Assembly: GCA_002104905.1 (NCBI GenBank) | Contig: MCFE01000358.1 | Coordinates: forward strand, 1 to 64,000 | Length of the DNA stretch: 64,000 nucleotides | Source: Basidiobolus meristosporus CBS 931.73 | Lineage: Eukaryota; Fungi; Basidiobolomycota | Reading direction: 5' to 3' | The notes under the pieces: generated by a model | Seen by the model: only the letters and a program-made list of their open reading frames with translations | Told to the model about the DNA's origin: nothing | The model's database searches: none | Made by a program: the position numbers and the translations under genes | Shown: piece after piece, positions 1 through 12,315 of the stretch | Layout of the letters: every line of letters begins with the position of its first letter | Numbering within the stretch: the first letter of the stretch is position 1

Positions 1-191
1 AGGAAATTACAGCGAGAGGAGATCTAGTTTATGGCATGACTTCTGAGCGGCCATCTTATTATTGATGAGCACACCCGTACAATCGTCATGTTTTGATGTT
101 AATTATTGGTTTATCATTGTTTGCTTTCTTCGTAATGGGGTGAAAATTTTACTTCTCTTGCAAACACTTCACGCTCCACAAATCATGAGTG
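1..191. repeat. Direct repeat, copy A (truncated by window edge); matches 2567-2757
   Basis: aggaaattacagcgagaggagatctag...cacgctccac.aat.atgagtg is near-identical at 1-191 and 2567-2757. Confidence 0.95.
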
Positions 192-903
192 GATTTCCAA
201 GGTTTCGAATATAAAATTCAATAAAGGTTAATACGGATCATATTTGTTGGATGGTTGACATAGTAGTGGGGTTTACTTTTATATCCCATTGGAACACCTT
301 GTATTCGGCGTGAAAATAAACTTATGAACTCCTTATTTTCGGACGAAGCCAATCCCATGATCGGGTGGTTTTTCGAAATGAAATCAAAACATTCGATATT
401 GGCCACGAGTGCTCAGGATTTGCACATAGCACCTTGGGGCCTTGCTTAGTCACTTAAAAGTACAAGTTGCATATATATATGCCAATACGATAGAGCTCAT
501 ACTAACACCCTGAATAATCTTTATGGATGGGGCTTGATTCAGAGCTCACTCGCCTACTCGATAGACTAAGGGCAAAGACATATCATCCTTGTGCACGTCA
601 TTGGAGTATTTTTGTCACAAGATTTCTGAAATGCCGAGAATAACAAGTTATCCAAACCGCAGCATAACATTATAACATCTGTGGTTTTTGGCATGCCAAA
701 CGTGCGCTGATTTCAAAAAACCCACCTTTCCTTTACCAATCACTATCTAATCAACATCATATCCTGAATATGCATTGCTTTTATTTAATCCTGAAGCCCT
801 TCAGGAATAATTCCTTACAAACGTCAAGTTCACCATAAGTAAAGACACAATAGGAGGGTCTTTAGTACTCATTTCTGCGAGAAATTCCACTTACATTGCC
901 ACC

Positions 904-2344
904 TTACTCGTACTGACGACCGAATCGGGAACGAGGATAGTTCTCTTGGCCATTTCTGCGAGAAACCTCTCTCTCATACTCGTAGTCAAGCTCATCTTGC
1001 TCATGTTGGCGTCCATAGCGAGAACGAGGGTAGTTCTGTTGGCCATTTCTTCCTGCGAATCCTCTCTCGTACTCATTGTTTTGCTCATCCTGCTCGTATT
1101 GGCGTCCATAGCGAGAGCGTGGGTAGCCTTGCTGCCCATTTCTACGAGAAATGCCTCTCTCGTACTCGTTGTCAAGTTCGTCTTGCCCATATTGGCTACC
1201 AAAACGAGAACGGGGATAGTTTTGCTGGCCATTTCTTCCTCTTTGATACTCGTTGTCATACTCATCCTGGTCGTACTGGCGTCCATAGCGAGAGTGAGGA
1301 TAGTTCTGTTGGCCATTTCTGCGGGAAACCCCTCTCTCGTACTCATTGTCAAGTTCGTCTTGCTCATATTGGCGACCAAAGCGAGAACGGGGATAGTTCT
1401 GCTGTCTGTTCCTGCCTACAAATCCTCTTTCATACTCATCATGCTCGTACTGATGACCCAAGCGAGAACGGGGATAGTTTTCCTGGCTATTTCTTCCTCT
1501 TTGATACTCGTTGTCATACTCATGCTGGTCGTACTGGCGTCCATAGCGAGAGCGAGGATAGTTCTGCGAACCATTTCTGCGGGAAACTCCTCTCTCGTAC
1601 TCATCATCAACTCATCTCTCATATTGGCGACCAAAGCGAGAACGGGATAGTTCTGCTGTCTGTTCTGCTACAATCTCTTTCATACTCATCATGCTCATAT
1701 TGCGACCAAGCGAGAACGGGATAGTTTTCCTGGCTATTTCTTCCTCTTTGATACTCGTTGTCATACTCATGCTGGTCGTACTGGCGTCCATAGCGAGAGC
1801 GAGGATAGTTCTGCGAACCATTTCTGCGGGAAACTCCTCTCTCGTACTCATCATCAAACTCATCCTCCTCATATTGGCGACCAAAGCGAGAACGCGGGTA
1901 GTTTGGCTGGTCATTTCTTCCTCTTTGGTACTCGTTGTCATACTCATCTTGCTCATACTGGCGTCCATAGCGAGAGCGAGGATAGTTCTGCTGACCATTT
2001 CTGCGAGAAACCCCTCTCTCATACTCGTTGTCATACTCGTTGTCATACTCGTCTTGCTCATATTGGCGTCCAAGGCGAGAACGAGGGTAGTTGTCTTGTC
2101 CACTTCTTCCGGCTAATCCTCTCTCATACTCATTGTCATACTCGCCTTGCTCATATTGGCGGCCAAAGCCAGAGCGTGGGTAGTTTTGCTGACTATTTCT
2201 TCCTCTTTGGTACTCGTTGTCATACTCATCTTGCTCATACTGACGTCCGTAGCGAGGGTGAGGGTAGTTCTGCTGGTTGCTTCTACCGGTCAAGCCATTT
2301 TGGTATTCACCATCAAATTCAAGATGCTGTCTGTTGGAAGCCAT
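904..2344 (-). CDS. Intronless low-complexity tandem-repeat protein (~480 aa, ~16 units of 28-31 aa, consensus GRQYEQDEYDNEY(E/Q)RG(VSR)RNGQQNYPRSR(Y/F)); several 1-nt indels at ~1400-1720
   Basis: ORFs 1619-2344 and 904-1461 carry the same repeat. The start has a ccaacATGG context and TATAAAA lies ~60 nt upstream (2403-2409, - strand). The indels sit in homopolymers of otherwise regular repeats, so they are probably consensus errors. Confidence 0.8.
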
Positions 2345-2566
2345 GTTGGAAATGCGTTGCGGAGATAGTCAGTTGATGTCTGGTAAAGGCAGCAAGATGG
2401 ATATTTTATACCGAGAATGAGGCTTAGAGGTAGGTAGTCAAGCAGTCTATCTAAGCCACCTTGACCAGCGACATTTTGAAGAAAAATTTCCAATCAACAG
2501 CTAATGCTGTCACGTAATAATCAATTGAGTAGTGCACTCAATTACGAACATGGTGGCTTGGCTAGT

Positions 2567-2757
2567 AGGAAATTACAGCGAGAGGAGATCTAGTTTATGG
2601 CATGACTTCTGAGCGGCCATCTTATTATTGATGAGCACACCCGTACAATCGTCATGTTTTGATGTTAATTATTGGTTTATCATTGTTTGCTTTCTTCGTA
2701 ATGGGGTGAAAATTTTACTTCTCTTGCAAATACTCCACGCTCCACGAATTATGAGTG
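2567..2757. repeat. Direct repeat, copy B, upstream of the repeat-protein gene
   Basis: Matches 1-191. Confidence 0.95.
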
Positions 2758-2905
2758 AAGCTCTATTATTTGATGAATTATACTACTGAGCAGTATACAG
2801 CTTGGACGGTATCAATAGGCTTGATGCCCAGGACTGATCGAAACAAAAGATCGATGAGCTCTAACCTGAGGTTTTAGTTGGACACATCGGAGCCCTGTAC
2901 AGCTG

Positions 2906-2978
2906 CGAGGAGCATGGGACTCGAGCCCACAATCCCGAGATCCGAAGTCTGATGCCTTATCCATTAGGCCAACGCCCC
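2906..2978 (-). tRNA. tRNA-Arg(UCG), degenerate or possible pseudogene
   Basis: Reverse complement GGGGCGT-TG-GCCT-AATGGATA-AGGC-A-TCAGA-CTTCGGA-TCTCG-GGATT-GTGGG-CTCGAGT-CCCAT-GCTCCTC-G gives a 73-nt cloverleaf with anticodon TCG. The T-loop reads CTCGA instead of TTCGA, and the acceptor and anticodon stems have mismatches. Confidence 0.8.
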
Positions 2979-3419
2979 TGTATTTCATCGATATGTTACA
3001 GAGTAAGGAGTCCCTCAATGTTAAGTGGCATCAATGCATACAAAGACGACTTAGTAGTCCGGAAAAAGGAAAAGAGATAAAGCACCATACTCCCAATATG
3101 GAATAAATACCAATCAAACAATTGAATAAAGTTAAGTTTTAGCAAGGAAACTCACGGTAGAAACGATTATTACATTGAACATATTTTTACAAGCCACCAT
3201 CCTAGCATCTTGAAAGATATTCTCACATTACCCCGTCGAATCTATAATTTAACATGCACGTTATCTATTTACGTACTCTTTAATTACGTAACAGATGTTA
3301 TGAAATCCCGGTTTGTTGCTGTCTTTTGGTTGGTGTAACAAGGTCTGTCTTTACATTGGCTTAGGATCTGCTATACACATTTTGTGATTGCTTGCATACA
3401 GTTTTGTCTCATATTTGAC

Positions 3420-4641
3420 CGTACGTTCGTACGTACTTTGGTGCTGACACCTCTATGTATGCCTGGACCCTCTGTTCGTTGATGGCTTTTAGGTAGCCTA
3501 TAATATGTCAGGAGTGATCTCCAATAACTCCGAATAGCTCCACCAAGCCGATGAGTACAACTATTGTGAAGTTGCAGCATATTTTGCGGATGGGTGAGAT
3601 ATAGGCCCAGATATATGTGCACAGAATCGATACGCCATCTATCGTGTCAATGAGAGCCATTCCAGCGGTGAGCAATAGCGGGAAAAAAGGATGTAGGTCA
3701 TAGGCAGCCCTTTGTTGACTTGGATGGCCGAGAGGGCCAGCAATGTTACTTCGGTAGCTATATCAAATCTCAGGCCAAAGAGAACCCTCCAATAGGTACA
3801 TCTTTCAACTAGCATCAACAAAAGCAAATACTCGTCTTAATAGGCGTGTGAAGTAACCTCCAGAATTCAACATTTCTTTGACATCCACCTTACGGTAAAC
3901 TCTCCGAGTTTGGAGTGTCTTCAGTTACTTCCATAAACCACAGGGTGCGACAGCATTCATGATTCCAATCAGCAAGTAAAATATTCCTGATACGACAGTC
4001 CCAATGATGCCGCCGACGGTCTCGAAAGATGGGAATTTACTGGCAACTACTGTGGCGGTGGCAGCAACGGCAATCGAAGCGCAGACAACAACGGTGGAAT
4101 AGTCAATGGAGAAAAAGAAGACAATTAAGCAAGGTCGCTTTCCAGACTGAATTAGCTTATGAGTGACATTATCAACGGCTATATTGGCAGATAATTTACC
4201 TGGGTTCTTGCAATATACAGTAGGAGGACATTACCTGCGATGTGGTCAGCATTCGATGCATGACTCAACCCAAGATTGCAAGCTAATACCTCCTCCCCGA
4301 TAAGATCATACTCGATCAGTGCGATACCCGCTGCTACCCAGATACCAATATTTAATGATGCCAGGAACAAAAAAAGCGGGATAAGCTTCTGCTTGAAAGT
4401 GCGGGTTTCCCTCAGGGCAAACATCTCTGCTATATGTATGATGTGAGTGGGTTGAGGTAGTGGGTGAGGACAAGCTTTCTTTTATATGGATACTGCTTGG
4501 AATGATTTTTGGGGAGATGTTTCTTGAATATGTGCCAGGGCTAGGGCTACGTAGTGAATCTGTCTCATGGATGTTGAGGATGTTCTGTTTTAACAAAGGC
4601 GAATCCTCACTTGGACCTGAGTAGCTGAACATTTCAGTCAT
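3420..4641 (-). pseudogene. NiCoT-family high-affinity Ni/Co transporter (Nic1-like) pseudogene
   Basis: GLSHASNADHIA/AVDNVTHKL matches the RHAxDADHI motif; FFFSIDYSTVV matches FSxGHST; also LFGLRFDIATEVTLL and IDTIDGV. There are in-frame stops (~3925, ~3805) and frameshifts. Confidence 0.85.
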
Positions 4642-4789
4642 TTCAAGTCATCCTCTCAATGAGAAATGCAATGTACATTTGGCATTCAAATTCATTGAAG
4701 TGCCATCTCCAATCACCAGTGAACATCTTTTTACATGACATCCACCAGTGTTTGCAGTTTTTTTGGTGACGACTGTCGGAATAATTAAA

Positions 4790-5920
4790 TCTTTGAAGAA
4801 AACGTAGCTATGGTTACTACTGCGTTTCGGGTAAACAATCTCTCGAAGTGTACGGAAAGATTCTTTGGCTTTAGCACTAAATTGGAATCGAAAAGAATTC
4901 GCTCCCGATGCGGGCTGTGCTTGGGAAGTGACAGGGTCATACTTGCGCACTAAAGCGCTGGTTAGCCAAAGGGAAAATTAGTAGTTTCAAGGAAAATTAC
5001 CAATCAACAAGAGAATGGTCTTCATTTCGATCATAGCAAGGCCCTTTCCTATACCTGGTACTCAAATTTGATACCATTAACGGCATTGTTACCTGGCATC
5101 CACTTACATCAGCGTTCACCATCGGTAAATGGGCCTCAACCTAGAAGATTTTGAAGGCGCTCCTCAGGGGGCAGCCGCCTATCTGGGTCAAACTCATCCG
5201 GATTATCTCAATATTTAGCGCTACGATGCGTTGCATATATGTTCAAGGCTACTAGAGTGCCTTTCGGAATGCGAGTATCGCCAACAATGGTGTCAGTGGC
5301 GGTGGAAACGTGTTGGCAGTAAGGTTCCAGCCGGATACAGTGGCATAGCCTCTTTAATAATTGCCTCTAGATATTGTAAAGCTATTAAAGTTGGAAAGCA
5401 TCGTTGGCTGGTGTCCACAACAAAACCTACATTGGATTTCGGCCAAGGATGGCACCGCCTTGTTGGAGTGAGTTAATTTCTTGTCTTGCTCTGGCCATCA
5501 CCATCGGATATTAGCCAGGAAATGAATGGTACAAACTAGTGAGTCTGCCGCTGTGTCTTCGAGAGAGTTAGAGGAAACATGCAGGTAATAAAAATGCTTA
5601 TGAATACACTACCATGCCCCGCATGAATCAGCCTAACCATTTCACTCTAAAAACTGCCAATGAGCTGTGAGAACTGTGAAGGTCGTAAGGCTACATGAAA
5701 ATCAAAACTAAACAAGACTTTTCCGAGTGAATCCAAAGTCAATCTGATCAATAAACATCAGCGGTGGCTTCTTGCAAGTTAATCCGCTCATATTCACAGC
5801 CTCATTGCATGATCCAAGTCGAATATTGGGTCTGCCTTGTCCATCATATCAAACAAATCATGCATCACCGGGGTAAATCCAAAGGAAGGACTGCGAGTGC
5901 CACTCTAATTAGTATGGACT
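4790..5920 (-). pseudogene. Cytochrome P450 pseudogene (C-terminal two thirds)
   Basis: LTLDSLGKVLFSFDF; I-helix remnant EDTAADSL; YLEAIIKEAMPLYP (ExxR lost); IPKGTLVALNIYATHRSAKY*DNPDEFDPDR; heme motif PFTDGER*CIGKGLAMIEMK split by a GT-AG intron; several nonsense codons. Confidence 0.85.
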
Positions 5921-5979
5921 TACAATCACAGGTGAGGGGGATACAAAACTCGTGGCTACTCAGTGGGATGAAGCAGCGA

Positions 5980-6450
5980 ATGTACACAACTGGTAAGAAC
6001 ATTGACCCAGGCAGCTGGTACGATGCAATCGTGTCCGGTTGCGCAGGTTTGTGTCCATTTGGATACGAAAGAAGCGTACGTCATGAGGTTAGCCGGGAAA
6101 ACATGTTTATTAATATGATACTTTCCAACACATATGACGTTGTGTACGACATCGGATGGTCCAAACGTATTTTCGGTGTTACTTATGCATATGGAAGGGG
6201 TCGAGAAACGGTGGACAATTTGCTTACGCCAACGGATACTAAAATGGAAGACAATAGCAAACCGAGTGTGTGCTTCCAAGGCCGATGCTCTACCGATCTA
6301 TGAAGATAGTGCAGCACTAGTGGCAGGTGCGTGGGCACTATTCAATTGCAGATACAGAACTTGGGACTGATATGTGAAGTATATTCTACAACAACGAAGT
6401 GCCTACGCGGTAGACGCCGATATATACGAACAAATAAACGAATCACCTTT
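5980..6450 (+). pseudogene. Disrupted ORF of unknown family (contains a WxxxxxRY motif; possibly class I terpene-cyclase-like)
   Basis: Protein-like text continues across a frameshift and a TGA at 6368: ...MILSNTYDVVYDIGWS... and ...AGAWALFNCRYRTWD*YVKYILQQR. Confidence 0.3.
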
Positions 6451-7514
6451 GGAAATGAAGACGGCCAGTGGGAGCAATCGGTTTGCGAGAGATGTACGAA
6501 AATGATAAAACAGAGCATAGAGCTGGTCTACGGGATATCGCAGTGTGGGCAGCTATCCACGATGCATCAAGAAGAGGGAATTATGGGGATCCGCGACGTG
6601 GAGGATTGCTAAAAGCGCCACTTGTTCTGTACAAAGTGTGTTTAGAATATTCACATCAGACCAACATAATTATTGATTATAGTATTCACATTAAACTAAC
6701 ATAATTATCGATCTGAGGGACTGACATTCATCACAATAATATGCATTACACATTAATAAGCATCAATTTCCAAACAATAATAATCAAGCACCATTCAAAG
6801 AAGTACACAGCAACAGCTGGTTCGTGACCAACAAACCTAGAATCCAAAAGGCGTGGGGTGGGTAATATCCTCTGTAGTCAGCATTGGCCATTGAGCATAA
6901 GCCACCATCAGGACCATTTCAAGGCGCGCAGCACAAACTAATCCGGATTGTCCGAATCTTGGCCATATCCTGTTTGTGATTCTTACTTGTTGCTATACTA
7001 CATCCACAACCTACATAGGCCTGTCCTCTATCAACAGCCAGCATAGTAGTATTCTCAATCGACTAACATGGAAAGTGATTCAACAACCTACACAAATAGG
7101 AGAGCATAAGAAAATCTTTCTCAAATATCATTCCTTTCGGGTACGTATTAAGGAGCTTTAAGGATTAATAATGTACATATTAAGTCAACTCCACCTATCA
7201 TTGGTGTGAGGTGGAAATAACCAAGAGTAGGCACACCTTAAAGCACACCTTAAAAACATTGGTGAACCGAGGTCCTAAAAGCTTAGCGGCATGATTTATA
7301 AAACCTTAAATAGATAGGCCAAAACCAGTACAAGTCCACATAGTTCTAGAATGGATCTTAGGGTCTTACATCACACTTTGCACAACAATTCCACTCCATC
7401 TCGGGCCTCGCGATTTAGCCAATCATCGGTCCTGGGTTTGAGCCATCCTTTAAGTGTTGAGAGGTGTGAGCATTTGAAGCCGATTATTCTGCACGTTGTT
7501 AGCACTGAGCCAGT

Positions 7515-10500
7515 ATGTCCAATATTCCTCACATGCCGAATGAACTTAGTCCTGACAATCCAGTGGACTCTGCAAATGTTCCAAAAGAAGTCGAAGCTGC
7601 CAACCTTCCTAATATGCCTGGGAATATCCCTCTGACAGAACCCTCGGTTAATGCCCCTCAAGAGCCTGTTCAGCAGATGAACGAGGCAATACAGGGAAAA
7701 GCGGATAAAGAGCCGCCCCAGCCCAATACCCCTATACATTCTTTTCAGCCCGGTGTTTCTCCTGAGGAAAAAGTGAAGATTGAGGAAGCCGCTGGTACGG
7801 TTTTGCCAAATACTCCCCTTTCAAGTGACATAAATGAGACCAAGAGCGTAGCCTCCGACACGAAGTCTGAGAAATTTGGTGGCCCAAACATCCCTCTAGA
7901 ACGGTCCGCTACCGCCTACACTACACAATCACTTCAATCTACCGATTCCACAGCCACCGTTGGCTGGAAAGAATCAAACGAAAGCTTTTTGAGCTCCTAC
8001 TCTGGTCAAGAATGGCAAAACGTGGCCTGCTTAGTCGCCATCACTTTGGTGACTTACCTTTTGGCTAAACTTGGACTCGGCCTAGCTTGGTGTCTAGTTG
8101 TGTTGGCTTTCGTTGGTAAGTGGTATGAGCCATGCGTAACGTGGCCCAAATGAGGTATTGATGTTTCTCATTCCCAGCTAAATACTACATCAACTCCGTA
8201 AAAAGATTCCGAAGAAATGCCAGAGATGACATCTCTCGTGAACTAGCCCTTACCAAGGTAAACTCTACCACAAAATCGTTTGCGCCCTGTGACATCGACT
8301 AAATCGCTCTGATAGCTTTTCACGGACACTGAGTCGACCGAATGGCTGAACATGTTTCTCAATAAATTCTGGCTAATCTATGAGCCGGCACTCTCCGCTA
8401 CAATTGTTAGTATTGCTGACGGAATCCTGGCGGTTTCCACTCCTGCATTCTTGGATTCTCTTCGACTCTCCGAGTTCACTTTAGGAACAAAAGCCCCAAG
8501 AGTCGAGTCCGTCAAGACCTTCTCCAACGAGGACGACGAAACGGTGGTAAGTGACCACCCTCGCTAGCATCGTACTCCAAGCTCAAAATACCTAATTGCT
8601 ACAATAGGAGATGGAATGGGAGGTTTCGTTCACACCCAATGATCTCCTGGACCTTACCAAGAGCCAGCTAAGGAACAAAATCAACCCAAAGATAGTCTTG
8701 GAGGTCCGTGTGGGCAAAGGATTTGTTGGGGCCGGAATACCTATTCTTGTGGAGGATATCTCATTCAATGGTCGCATGAGAGTGAAGATGAGACTCATGA
8801 GCAGTTTTCCGCATATGCAGTCCGTGGACTTGTCGTTCATAGAGCCACCCAGCTTTGACTACATTTTGAAGCCCCTCGGAGGCGAGACGTTTGGCTTTGA
8901 CATAGCACACATCCCTGGGCTTTCCGCATTCATCCGAGAGCAGGTCCATGCTATACTCGGCCCGATGTTGTATAATCCAAACGTTTTCACCTTGAATATG
9001 GAGCAAATAATGAGCGGTGTAGATACTGAGGCTGCTATCGGTGTCCTTAGACTCCATATCCGCAATGCTAGAAACCTGAAGAACCTGGAAGTGCTCGGGC
9101 TCTCTGACCCGTATGTCAGACTACATATCAACAACCGAGCTGAGCTGGGCCGCACCTCTTACAAACAAAACACTCTGAACCCAGTCTGGGACGAAACCTT
9201 CTTTATTCTAATTCACGATCTAAACGAAACACTCTCCCTGGAAGTTTTCGACAAGGAGGAGATCAAGAAAGACCGAAGCCTAGGCACTGCTACCTTCAAC
9301 ATGGCCTGTTTACTGGATGAGCCGGAGCAAGACCATATCATTGCCAAGGTGATCAGAGAGGGTGGCAAGGAGCATGGAGAGGTATGCTTCGATGCAACTT
9401 ACTGTCCTGTCGTTGAGCCCACCGTTCATGAAGATGGCACGATTACCCAAATCGAATCCAATCAAGGAATCCTCAAAGTGTTTGTCCACCAGGCGAAGGA
9501 TCTAACCCACAAAGCCTCTACTAAGCATAGCCCCTACTGCGTGGTGAAGCTCCGCGGAAAAACGATTCTCACCACGAAGGTTCTGAAGCGAAAGTCCAGT
9601 CCGGTGTGGGAAGATGCTGGCGAGGTGTTCGTCAACGATAAATCAACGGCAGTTCTATCATTTGATGTGCTGGACTCTCGAGGTGTTGCTGTGGACCCCG
9701 CGCTTGGCAAGTTCAGCATTGGCCTGAACGAAGCGCTCAAGAGGATGGAGGAACAGAATCAATGGTTCCCCCTCCGTGGCCATTATTCAGGGAAACTCCG
9801 AGTTTCTTTTGTCTGGTCACCTATCGAGCTGTCGAGCGAGATCATCCCCGCTGGCCATCTTGCCCCACCTACGGGTGTGGTAAGGCTAGATCTTATCGGA
9901 GCCAGGAACTTGAAGAATGTCGAAAAGATCGGCAAATCCGATCCATACGTAGTCGTCTCAGTCTCCGGAAGAACCCTCACTCGAACCGAGGTGATTGGCA
10001 ACAACTTAAATCCCGAATGGAACGAAACTCATTACATCGGAATCCGTAGCCCCCGCGAGGTGATCTACTTCGATGTGTATGATTTCGACAAAGTGGGGAA
10101 AGACAGGCGTTTAGGCTCCGCTTCAGTGCCTGCCAAGCAGATATTTGGTGAGCAAATCGGCAAGAATCGATGGGGACCCGGGGCTCCTCAAGAACTCAGA
10201 CTCGGCCTCCACCTGGAAGGCAAGGAAAGAGGGGAGATTCATCTGAAGGCCAGCTTCAATCCATTGATCGAGCCAGTGTCCCCTAGTGATCCAGTTACGC
10301 CCGAACCGGTGGAGGGTTCGGAGGTAGTAGCCCCTACCCAAGCTCTCAAGAAACCCATTGATTACACCCAATACACTACCGGTTTGTTGTCCGTCACACT
10401 GGGCCACACCCAAGGCATGAAGCGCCAAGTGGAAACCCCATACGCCGATGTGCTTCTCAACAACAATGAATACAATGTTGTTCATAGAACCAAGGCCAAG

Positions 10501-12315
10501 AAGAGGGCCACCAACCCTGCCTTCGACGAGCAGTGCGAGGTGTTTATTCAAGAAGCTCAATTTGCCACGATCTCCGTTTGTGTTCGTGAGATGAATGATG
10601 AGCGAACCGTCATCGCACGTAAAACCATTGAGGTGCCCGACATCTTGGAGCGACTATCGAAGGAGGACCCGACAGATGGATACTGGTACGAATTTGACAA
10701 CACCGATGGCAAGATCCTTCTCAAGTTCAAATTCTCCCCAGTCGAGATAAGCATAGATGAGTCGGAAAGTTGGATAAACAAGGGCCTTGTCAATGTGAAG
10801 ATCATCAAGGCTCAGGGGCTACGTGCCGCCGATTCCTCCGGAACAAGCGACCCATATGTGCAGGTTAAGGTTAACGACGTGAAGATCTACAAGACCAAGG
10901 TCATCAAGAAAACCCTTTCCCCTGTATTCAACGAGGAGTTCACAGCCCAAATTCACGACCGCAACACCTCGTCGTTAATCTTCCACGTGTATGACTGGAA
11001 TCAAGTTCAGTCCAGCGAACAACTTGGCTACTTCCAGATCAACACCAATAAGCTTGAGCCATTCACCTGGGTTCAAGATAACTTTGAGCTGTCAGACGGT
11101 ACTGGAACGCTTACCCTAAGAATGATGTTTAGACCTGAACATGTAGGCCGGATGACTACCGATCGCAAACAAACTTTCCACGCGGCCACCAGGAGCGCTA
11201 TTGGCAAAGGAGTTGGTGGAGCTACCAAGGTTGTTGGCGGTACCATTGGAGGCATCGGGAAAGGAGTTGGTGGGCTGTTTAGTAAAGGGAAAAAATCCAC
11301 TAGCCGCGATCCGATTGTAGCTCCCCCTGCCAATGCGAATGTTCCTTCGGAGGTACTATCCACTAGAAGCAATAGTATTAGCAGCAACTTCAGCCATACA
11401 TCAAATACCCCCAATATGCCGAGCATGCCCAATATGCCGAACATGCCCAATATGCCAAACATGCCAAACATGCCCAACATGCCTAGCATGCCCGATACAC
11501 CTAACGTTCCAGTTGACTCGCAAATCGATGCCGCCACCAAAGAGGTACCAGCAATTCCTGACCCAGGCGACTCAATCCCTCCTCCTTCCGTACACAATAT
11601 GCCCATTGAGAGCAAAGCGGCCCCCACTGTTAACGAAAGTGTCCACGAGCATGAGGAACCAAGTGAAACACCTACGAATCCCATTACTCCGGTGTCTACC
11701 CCACTTCGAATCAACGAGCCAGATGTTACAGCCATTCCAATCTCAGCTCCACAGTCGCCTGTTACAGATGTATCCAACAACAGACTCTCCATCGCCAATA
11801 TGGACGACCTGAGTGAAGTCTCGGGAGAGAGTGGCGGCTTAGAGCACTCGAGTGATAATTTCGGCGAGCAAGGGATCTTGACGGTTACTATCGTACAGGC
11901 CAAGGATTTAGTTGCCGCGGACAGCAACGGGTTGAGTGATCCTTATGTTCGCGTTCGCAGCGGTCGAAAGGCACTCTACAAGACCAAAGCCATCAAAAAG
12001 ACACTCGAGCCGAAATGGAACGAGACTTTCACCATTCCACTGAACGGCACACCCATGAAACTCAACTTCTCAGTTCGGGACCGCAACCTTCTTCAAGATG
12101 CCTACTTGGGAGAATACGAAACCAACGTGTGGGAACAGATTCATCAAACCAACCCTGCCACCGAGGGAAATTGGGTTCAGCTGAGGAAGATCGATCATGG
12201 CAAACTACTGCTGAAATTCACCTTCACCCCGAGCACCACCTCACCTAAATCAAGTGAATTCTCGGAATCCCCTAGGAAGAAACTGGGCTTTAGTTCTTTC
12301 CGAAGGAAGCATTAG
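7515..12315 (+). CDS. TCB: Tricalbin / extended synaptotagmin (hydrophobic hairpin, SMP domain, ~5 C2 domains); exons ~7515-8115, 8178-8257, 8316-8546, 8608-12315
   Basis: ESTEWLNMFLNKFWLIYEP SMP start, repeated SDPYV C2 motifs, canonical introns. Confidence 0.95.
11405..11503 (+). repeat. 9-bp coding minisatellite (aayatgccn) encoding (PNM/PSM)n in the tricalbin linker
   Basis: TPNMPSMPNMPNMPNMPNMPNMPNMPSMPDTPNVP. Confidence 0.9.

Noticed and set aside
946-2116. Long hydrophobic plus-strand ORFs (234 aa and 141 aa) that look like membrane proteins
   Set aside because: They are antisense shadows of the repeat gene; the minus strand has the TATA box and good ATG context.
891-2376. Repeats as a CRISPR array
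   Set aside because: The units are in-frame coding repeats with no unique spacers, the context is eukaryotic, and there are no cas genes.
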